A stretch of DNA of 64,000 nucleotides, from NCBI GenBank assembly GCA_002269645.1, contig NIVC01000132.1, forward strand, positions 248,001 through 312,000. Direction: 5' to 3'. Below the pieces are notes generated by a model. It saw nothing but the letters and a program-made list of their open reading frames with translations. It had not been told where the DNA came from and did no database searches. The translations under genes were made by a program, and so were the position numbers. Positions 1 through 64,000 of this stretch are shown here, in pieces. The DNA comes from Macrostomum lignano (Eukaryota). Position 1 is the first letter of the stretch; every line of letters begins with the position of its first letter.

Positions 1-280
1 AGGATTGGCTCACCGCTGGATGGGGAATGCTGTCGCCGAAGGTCTTGTTACTACGAGCGTAATTTCACAAGCTCGAAGTTTCACGTGACGAAATCAAGCC
101 ATTTCGAGCTTGATAGCAGTAGTAGGTAGTGCATATTGCGCGTATAAGCCCAAATGAGACAGTTGTAGACATTTACATCCGAATGTGTCCTATTGGAGTC
201 ACCATTTATGCAAAAAATGATACGATATAATAAATGCATGGAAACCCATTATGTTTTGCAGCTAAAAAATCCGAACCATA

Positions 281-859
281 ATGTCTGCGAAATCGACGGC
301 AGCAGCAACGGCTACGGATGAGGCCACCGAGAGCAGCACCGGCATCCCGGCCTGCCAGTTCATTGAAGACGTGGCTGCTTACCTGCACAGGAACGGCGAC
401 CAGCCGGTGCAGGAGGCAATTAAGGACGCCGAGGAGCTCTATAATAAGTACAAGTTCATGGAGCAGCACTTCTCGACTAGACGGTCCCGTCTCCGACGCC
501 AGATTCCGGATCTGTCGAACAATTTGAATGCGATCGAGTTTTTAAAATCGCGCCAAAGTAAAGAATTTACTACTTCTTTCATGCTAGCTGACAATGTCTA
601 CGCCAAGGCGAATGTAGCCGACTGCAGCAAAGTTGGAGTTTGGCTCGGCGCCAATGTCATGCTGGAATACGACTTAACCGAGGCTGAGGCCCTGCTTAAA
701 AAGAATTTGGACTCGGCCGAGACTAATCTGGCCGAATTGGAGAAGAATTTGGACTTTATTAAAGACCAGATCACCACGTCGGAGGTGAATATTGCCAGAT
801 TGTACAATCACGGCGTTATGCTAACTAAGCAGGCCCGGTTGACCGGGGCGGAGGCCTGA
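281..859 (+). CDS. VBP1: Prefoldin subunit 3 (VHL-binding protein 1), single coding exon, 192 aa
   Basis: ORF carries the family hallmarks GIP-x2-FIEDV, Y-x-KYKFME, QIPD, F-x-LAD-x-VY-x-KA, WLGANVMLEY and DQITTSEVNIARLYN; length is typical of the family. Confidence 0.97.
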   Translation: MSAKSTAAATATDEATESSTGIPACQFIEDVAAYLHRNGDQPVQEAIKDAEELYNKYKFMEQHFSTRRSRLRRQIPDLSNNLNAIEFLKSRQSKEFTTSFMLADNVYAKANVADCSKVGVWLGANVMLEYDLTEAEALLKKNLDSAETNLAELEKNLDFIKDQITTSEVNIARLYNHGVMLTKQARLTGAEA

Positions 860-2505
860 AGCGAGTATTTCTTAATCTTAAAATGAAGGATAATTCAAGC
901 AACGGTTTCCTCGCTTATATTTAGTTGCATTGTTTGACTGCGTTGGATTTGTTGGCTTGAATACGCCGTGTTGGACTATTGCTCTACTAATAGTAGCTGA
1001 GAAGAAGTAGGAGAGTGCATACGATTTTTGGTTATTTATTGTAGAAGCCTACTACTATGACTCCGACTCAACCACTGGCCAAGGCTTGCAGCTTATTTGC
1101 TAGTGTATTATAACATATTCGCGTACTAAAAGCAGCCATTAATTATAAAAAAGTTTAACTTACAACTTGGGTTTCGTCCATCTGAATTTGAATCTATCAA
1201 TAATATTGCTATTGTTAATAAAATTAAACTTATATGCTTGCTTTTCTTTAATTGAAGACTTTTTTATAAGTTTAAACCTAGAAAAGTAGTGAATCAAACA
1301 AGTTGTTGGTCTTACTTTTTATTATATTATAACACTCCTATAGATTTCGCCCGCCCCCCAAGGAGGGTAAAATGTGCTAGTCTTTGATACTAAATCTTAC
1401 GCTTTAAGTTGAGAAATATTGACAACAGACATAAGTGTCTAAGGCCAGCCAGTCTGCTTGAATAAAATAAAGCAACTAATCGAAGAAATTCTAAACACTT
1501 CAGCGCACAAACTAAAAAAGCTGGAGCAGAAATCTCAGCTAATATATAGCCCACGTACAGAACAGTGGGAGTTATTTAAATAGTTTAATTAACTTTGATC
1601 TTGTCGGCCTCAATAAAAACATCAAATTGTCTGTCATTGTTGCTGCACAATTCTTATTTTATATCATGTGTGCTCAAAATTTAAAAAAATACTGAGTTTA
1701 AAAAAAGAAAACAAAAATGGTACACAAAAAATCAACAAATTCCTAACCTATGTATAACTTTGAGATTCTCGAGGTAAAACAAAAACGCTTTAAAAATGGC
1801 ATACGTTATTCGCATTGCGGAGGTCATGAGAACAATTCAGGCTAATCTCAGCCTCCGCTGTCTGATATGCACAGTGCACAGTCGCTGGTTTAATTTGCTA
1901 TTCAATAAAAGGACTCTACACAAGAGACTCTAGAGTTCTCTAAATGAACTCTACACAATATCTCGTATGTAGTAGTAAGTTCAGTCTTTTTCAATATCCT
2001 AATCTTTTTATGAAGGCCTTGCCGAAAAGTGCAGGTGCTGAGGAGAGGCTGCAGACTACGGCTAACTGTACAGACGGGTGAACTAGATTTATAACTTCAG
2101 ACAGTGAATTGAGAGCGCACAGAAGCAAAAAATGCACAAAAAAGAAAACTAATATAAAATATAAAGTACAACAATTATGAAGAGTAAGTACAGAGGAAAT
2201 TAAAACACGCAAGTGCTTTTATCGGAAGAAAAGCAACTACTATAATGAAGCTCGTATCAGACTGAGGCGTGTCTTAAGTATGAGATTAACAACACAGATA
2301 TAAACAACTATCAATTTAGGTAGCTGAGGTATTACAATTGGTTGCTATGGTTTTCAAACATAATTTATCAACAATAACAAGCTAAATAATATAAATATGA
2401 ATGCCAATTATAACTTAAGCAATAACTATAGGAACAAGACAAGAGATCAGGCCTTAACTCCCTGCAGTTACCGGATTTTGGCGCCTGTTCTGAATATCTT
2501 TTCAA

Positions 2506-2800
2506 TGGCCAGCTACAGAGGGGGCGCCAGCTACAGAGGGGGTGACAGTTATAGAGGAGACGCCAGCTACAGAGGGGGCGCCAGCTACAGAGGGGGCTCC
2601 AGCTACAGAGGGGGCGCCAGCTACATAGGGGGTGCCAGCTACAGAGGGGGCGCCAGCTACAGAGGGGGCGCCAGCTACAGAGGGGGTGCCAGCTACAGAG
2701 GGGGTGCCAGCTACAGAGGGGGTGACAGCTACACAGAGGGGGTGACCGCTACAGAGGGGGTGACAGCTACAGAGGGGGCGCCTGCAGCTACAGAGGCGCC
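2506..2800. repeat. 18-bp minisatellite (GCCAGCTACAGAGGGGGC)
   Basis: About 15 tandem copies visible. Confidence 0.95.
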
Positions 2801-2921
2801 TGACTATCATGACTAGGCTTCTCAGTATTACTATATATATAGTGCAGACACGTCAAGTCCAAGCGTGCATGATTCCAAGTGAGCTCCCAGCAGTCGGCAG
2901 CGGCAGCGGCTCAGCAGTCGT

Positions 2922-22892
<19,971 letters not shown>

Positions 22893-23964
22893 GTTTTCTG
22901 AAATGCAAATTTGAAGTCATTTATAAGAAAAAATGTTTTAAGTAAAGGTCTGTATCATACCATATCATATATATCTTCTATTGAAATGCTCTTGTTTCAA
23001 TTTATACTGAAAAATTTAAAATAACAAATGCTAATAACTCAAATAAATTTGAACAATTTTTATAATTGAATAAAGAATATATGATTTGATAAAAATAAGT
23101 TCAAAATTGCAACACATAATATCAGATAATGCCTTACTTAAACACATGATAGCCATGTTGAAACTTATAGTTAAAATGTTAAAAGGTTGCTCTAATGCCT
23201 TCTTTCTACGAGCTACTATATACCAAAAGGAGAAGATTGAAAAAGCACTTTTTAGTGTCCAAAGCCAATTTTCATCTGCTATGGCAATATTTCTAAGTCA
23301 AAAGGATTTTATTACAAATGTTGCTTAGAGAAATTTTTTATGATCCATAGCAATTTCATCCTTATTTTCTTTTTTCTTCTTCTCCTTCTTCTCCTCTCCT
23401 TCTCCTTATAAAAATGAATTGTTTGTATATGGGTATGCAATTGATTTCAGAAAAAATTGGCTCAACCAATTTTCTTCAAACCTGCACCATTCAATCAGAA
23501 ATTTCCCTGTGACGGTACATGCATCCTGGCTAAGAAATTTCTCACTCCTAAAGGAATTAAATATTAAAAAAACATGCTTTTTTGCAAAGGTCAAGCAGCT
23601 CTTTTGACTTGAAATGCATTGTAAGAATGCTAGAGAAAAAACTGACTGACTGAATTCCTATTCTGATTAAGATTACATCACAATTAGTTGAAGACAGTGT
23701 CAAAGAAAAGCACGCAAGACTTGACTGAGATTGTGTAACCATATTGTATTTATTTATTGTCTGTGTACTGGCTGAGTTTTACTGACTTATTGCCTTGCTT
23801 TCAGCCACCATTTCAAACATAAAAGAACCACCCATTCAAACATAAAAAAACCACCATTTCAAACATAAAAAGACACCATTTCAAATGTAAAATAAGAATC
23901 ATGCCAAAACATAAAGGAGCCACTATAAAGCTGAGGAAATTATTGAACTAGCTACTTGCTATCA

Positions 23965-24685
23965 GGGGATGCTTGCTATCTAGGGGATGCTTGCTATCTG
24001 AGGGATGCTTACTATCTGAGGGATGCTTGCTATTGAAAAGATGCTTGCTATCTAAGGTACTTGCTATTGGGAGATGCTCGCTCTTTGGGTATAGAGGGTA
24101 CTTTCTATCTGAGAGGGGGTTGCTAGCTATTTCTTTCTATCCAAGAAATATCTATCCAAGGATTTTTTCTATCTAGGGATGCTTGCTATCTAGGTTTGCT
24201 TACTATTGGATGATACTTGCTATCTGGGAGATGCTTGCCATCTGGGGGATGTTTGCTATCTGGGGTTGCTTGCAATTGGGGGATGCTTGCTATCTGGGGG
24301 ATGCTTGCTATCTGGGGGATGCTTGCTATCTGGGGGATGCTTGCTATCTGGGAGATGCTTGCTATCTGGGGAGTGCTTGCTATCTGGGATGCTTCCTATT
24401 TGGGGTTGCTTGCTATTGGGGAATGCTTGTTGTCTAGGGGATGCTTGCTGTCTAGGAGATGCTTGTTATCTGGGAGATGCTTGCTATTGGGGGATGCTTG
24501 CTACTTGAGAGATTCTTGCTGTCTAGGGGATGCTTGCTATTTGGGGGATGCTTGCTGTCTAAGGGATGTTTGCTATCTGGGATTGCTTGCAATTGGGGAA
24601 TGCTTGCTATCTGGGGGATGCTTGTTATCTAGGGTTGCTTGCTATCTTGGGGGTAGGCAATGCTTGCTATCTGGGGAATGCTTTT
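23965..24685. repeat. 17-bp minisatellite (GGGGATGCTTGCTATCT) in the A/B intergenic region
   Basis: Degenerate tandem copies; an (AT)n tract follows at about 24996-25021. Confidence 0.92.
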
Positions 24686-24990
24686 GACTTAAGGGGAACA
24701 CCTATTATCTTTGTGAAGGCTTTTTTGTTGTGTACTTTTATTACTTTTAGACAATAGATTCATAGTAGACATCTTTGTCCATGACAATTTTACTCAAAAT
24801 ATAAGGTGATCTATAGACCAAAGAAAGAATCGGTTTTTAAGAAAATGTGCTTCTTTAATGGATTTGCATGAAAAATTTTTGCTCCTTACTTATTTGGTGC
24901 CCCAAAAGGGGGGCACTAGATTGCTAGTCTTTTTACTAATATTGATAGTATTGATTGAGCTCTATTAAGAAACATCTTTTGAGATAGCTA

Positions 24991-25021
<31 letters not shown>

Positions 25022-25966
25022 TTAAATGCAAAACTTTAGCATTATATTATATAAGACTACCAATTCTTAAAAGATACTATTGACATTGTTGTCTAGACAT
25101 ATATACTTTAATAGCAAATAACACTAGCTAAGACTATCTATCTACCATGCATAACTATTTTATAAAATGCATTGGTTGTGCTAACAATGAACCAAGTTAT
25201 AGACTTATATATGTTTATTAATACATTATTAATTGTCATCTCAAAATAATAATAGTTCAATATATCAAAACTGCAAATCAAATTTAAATATATAACTTTC
25301 CTATTATAATGCCAATGTAGTGTTAAGCCAAGGCAAACATATTCTAATATATACCTATTATCATTCTAATCTCTATACTTTTCCTTTTTCTTTATTCATT
25401 TGTATATAGTATTAAGTAAATAGTAATTATGGATGTAATTAAATATTAAATCTTGCTGGGTTTTCTTTACATTTAATTTAAATGTTATTTCATTTCATAT
25501 TTCATTGGTGGATAAAAGCTATAGTTTCAACTGCGCATTTCTTAAGATTACAAATATTTTATAAGTAAAATGTTTGTTGTCAGGTTTATGCAAAAAAAAT
25601 GCCTAGAGACATTATATTAAACAGGACCTTTAGCCTAACCTAGTTTGCTTGTTGTGTTTCATAGAATGCCATATTTTCGTTTTTCCGAGAAAGCAATGTC
25701 AAAAATATTGTACGAAATACTATTGAATTTTATCAAAGCAAAGCTCCTTTTTTTTAAATCTAAAGCTAAATACAAATGTCTAACGTAAAAATTCAGTAAA
25801 ATTCAGTAATTTAATTTTTCATGTTGAAAAACAGAAATATCTTTTATAAACGATAATGTGAAAACTCACTTATACAAATTTAAAACATCGTGCTTTCAAG
25901 TTCACATACTCCTATGGAGTTCCATTTCGGCAGGAATTTGTAATCGTAAAACAGTCAACATGTATT

Positions 25967-60605
<34,639 letters not shown>

Positions 60606-60649
60606 GTAAGTTTACCCTGATATTGCTGCTTTTAGTGTTGTCTACGGCA

Positions 60650-61850
60650 TACCGATATGTGTGTCTCATTGTGCAGTCTACTGCATACCGATATGTGTGT
60701 CTCATTGTGCAGTCTATGGCATACCGATATGTGTGTCTCATTGTGCAGTCTACTGCATACCGATATGTGTGTCTCATTTTGCAGTATACGGCATACCGAT
60801 ATGTGTGTCTCATTGTGCAGTCTATGGCATACCGATATGTGTGTCTCATTGTGCAGTCTACTGCATACCGATATGTGTGTCTCATTGTGCAGTCTATGGC
60901 ATACCGATATGTGTGTCTCATTGTGCAGTCTATGGCATACCGATATGTGTGTCTCATTGTGCAGTCTATGGCATACCGATATGTGTGTCTCATTGTGCAG
61001 TCTATGGCATACCGATATGTGTGTCCCATTGTGCAGTCTACTGCATACCGATATGTGTGTCTCATTTTGCAGTATACGGCATACCGATATGTGTGTCTCA
61101 TTGTGCAGTCTATGGCATACCGATATGTGTGTCTCATTGTGCAGTCTACGGCATACCGATATGTGTGTCTCATTGTGCAGTCTATGGCATACCGATATGT
61201 GTGTCTCATTGTGCAGTCTATGGCATACCGATATGTGTGTCTCATTGTGCAGTCTACTGCATACCGATATGTGTGTCTCATTGTGCAGTCGATGGCATAC
61301 CGATATGTATGTCTCATTGTGCAGTCTATGGTATACCGATATGTGTGTCTCATTGTGCAGTCTATGGTATACCGATATGTGTGTCTCATTGTGCAGTCTA
61401 TGGCATACCGATATGTGTGTCTCATTGTGCAGTCTATGGTATACCGATATGTGTGTCTCATTGTGCAGTCTACTGCATACCGATATGTGTGTCTCATTGT
61501 GCAGTCTATGGCATACCGATATGTGTGTCCCATTGTGCAGTCTATGGCATACCGATATGTGTGTCCCATTGTGCAGTCTACTGCATACCGATATGTGTGT
61601 CTCATTTTGCAGTATACGGCATACCGATATGTGTGTCTCATTGTGCAGTCTATGGCATACCGATATGTGTGTCTCATTGTGCAGTCTATGGCATACCGAT
61701 ATGTGTGTCTCATTGTGCAGTCTATGGCATACCGATATGTGTGTCCCATTGTGCAGTCTATGGCATACCGATATGTGTCTCATTGTGCAGTCTATGGCAT
61801 ACCGATATTTGTGTCCCATTGTGCAGTCTATGGCATACCGATATGTGTGT
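60650..61850. repeat. 36-bp minisatellite (GCATACCGATATGTGTGTCTCATTGTGCAGTCTATG)
   Basis: About 33 copies, starting about 45 nt after the exon 10 donor. Confidence 0.97.
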
Positions 61851-62559
61851 CTCGATTTGAAAGTGCACAGTGATTTATGATCGTCCAGTATAGTTTTCTC
61901 ACTCGCCAGATTTTGAAAGAAAATTTTACAGTCTTTGCTGTGCCAGCTCTTCCCCGGCGTTTATGAAAGTTGCTTTTTTCTTCCTGGGCGACTAGGATTC
62001 TCATAGCTAGGCAAACACAGTGCCAGAAACCTTATAGCTGACTGAGCAGATCTTGACTGAGCATTGTGTGACAGATTGTGAGTATCCTATTCTGCCATTC
62101 ACAAATTTTCCAAAAACTTCTGCTCACAGAGTTGGAAATTTGGTGTCCGCAAGTCCAGATCACGATCGGGAAGAGGAAGAGTGAGGGGTTGTTGGGTTCT
62201 CGGTGGAGGAAAGATGAGACGCCGAGGTAAAAAAACTGTATCCCAACTCTCTAAGCGCCGAAGGGATTCGCAAGCTTTCTTGGGGATTCTGCTCAGTGTG
62301 TATAGTAAAAAACAGGTAAAATATTCAGCTACTTGATTACGCAATAAGTCTGCAGTATCAGCAGCTCGGTGACTAGCAGATGAAGGGCTTTAGCAGCAGC
62401 ACGAAATGGATCAGATGCGTGCTTGACAGAAAAGGGAAGATAGTTGGGGGAGACGGGGCAACAGCGGGTTAAGCTTGGGCAAAGTGGACGGATTATAGGG
62501 TGCTTAGCCTGTTCAAACCATATTCTAAATAAAGAAGATATGTTTCAGACTTTTGCTGT

Positions 62560-63510
62560 TCTTTGCCATAGACAGTATGTCTGGTTCTCCGTTCTTTGCC
62601 ATAGACAGTATGTCTGGTTTTCCGTTCTTTGCCATAGACAGTATGTCTGGTTTTCCGTTCTTTGCCATAGACAGTATGTCTGGTTTTCCGTTCTTTGCCA
62701 TAGACAGCATGTCTGGTTCTCCGTTCTTTGCCATAGACAGTATGTCTGGTTTTCCGTTCTTTGCCATAGACAGTATGTCTGGTTTTCCGTTCTTTGCCAT
62801 AGACAGTATGTCTGGTTTTCCGTTCTTTGCCATAGACAGTATGTCTGGTTTTCCGTTCTTTGCCATAGACAGTATGTCTGGTTTTCCGTTCTTTGCCATA
62901 GACAGTATGTCTGGTTCTCCGCTCTTTGCCATAGACAGTATGTCTGGTTCTCCGTTCTTTGCCATAGACAGTATGTCTGGTTTTCCGTTCTTTGCCATAG
63001 ACAGTATGTCTGGTTCTCCGTTCTTTGCCATAGACAGTATGTATGGTTCTCCGTTCTTTGCCATAGACAGCATGTCTGGTTCTCCGTTCTTTGCCATAGA
63101 CAGCATGTCTGGTTTTCCGCTCTTTGCCATAGACAGCATGTCTGGTTCTCCGTTCTTTTTGCCATAGACAGCATGTCTGGTTTTCCGTTCTTTGCCATAG
63201 ACAGCATGTCTGGTTCTCCGTTCTTTGCCATAGACAGCATGTCTGGTTCTCCGTTCTTTGCCATAGACAGCATGTCTGGTTTTCCGCTCTTTTTGCCATA
63301 GACAGCATGTCTGGTTTTCCGCTCTTTTTGCCATAGACAGCATGTCTGGTTTTCCGTTCTTTGCCATAGACAGCATGTCTGGTTTTCCGTTCTTTGCCAT
63401 AGACAGTATGTCTGGTTCTCCGTTCTTTGCCATAGACAGTATGTCTGGTTCTCCGTTCTTTGCCATAGACAGCATGTCTGGTTTTCCGCTCTTTGCCATA
63501 GACAGCATGA
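62560..63510. repeat. 33-bp minisatellite (TTTGCCATAGACAGTATGTCTGGTTTTCCGTTC)
   Basis: About 29 copies. Confidence 0.97.
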
Positions 63511-64000
63511 CATACTTTAGCTTCTTTGCAATAGACAAGCATGCTCTACCTAGCTTTATTATTGAACAATGTACAGTCCAGGCCATTTACAAATATGTAG
63601 TTGCACGGATAAATGAGCATTCATCTCTGATCAGTTTATTACGGGTGCGGGCAGTAGTGGAAGCTCCTCCCATGAAGCAGAAAAAAGAAATACGCAGCAG
63701 GGGGCACTGCAAGCAGCCATAAAAGTGTCAGGCTGAGCCAATGTGGAGAGGATCGCTGTTTGTGAATGAGGATTTTTTTATCGGGCGGCTTCGGCTTTTC
63801 TGTGCGACTCTGGGTGAGGCTGGAGGAGAGTAAGGACGCTGTGGACCAAGCAGCGTTTTGGCTTTTAACTATGCAGTTTGAATTCGTTTTTCTTTGGTCT
63901 GAGTTTAATACCGCATCCAAGCCCAAGGGAACAGGTCAGGTGTACCACCTAACACCGTCTTCTCCACGTCGAACCCGGCTAACCCGATCCGCTCTCTCCC

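Overview
Eukaryotic (animal) genomic DNA with GC-rich exons and introns packed with tandem repeats. The composition and TTAGGG-type repeats resemble a free-living flatworm such as Macrostomum, which is an inference only. Three protein-coding loci can be read. (1) An intronless prefoldin subunit 3 gene (VBP1/PFDN3, 281-859 +). (2) Gene A, which I assembled by hand on the minus strand from 13-14 exons (22892->2922, about 1,913-1,933 aa; every junction is GT-AG and phase-compatible). Its order is: signal peptide, short ectodomain, TM, low-complexity cytoplasmic loop with a consensus ITAM, second hydrophobic/signal-like segment, EGF, truncated EGF, 2x TNFR-Cys, unassigned Cys-rich domains, and a C-terminal 5-TM module with two large helical outside loops. 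(3) Gene B, a divergently transcribed paralogue on the plus strand (25967->60605 and probably beyond the window) with the same N-terminal order and one intron at the same position and phase as in gene A. Almost all long ORFs in the supplied track are artefacts of about 30 different mini/microsatellites, typically one private array per intron. Also present are hAT-type MITEs, two tRNA-derived SINE families and a 42-bp satellite carrying telomeric (CCCTAA)n inserts. The most interesting candidate system is the head-to-head pair of unusual polytopic EGF/TNFR membrane proteins. Exon models are manual predictions; nothing was checked against databases or transcripts.
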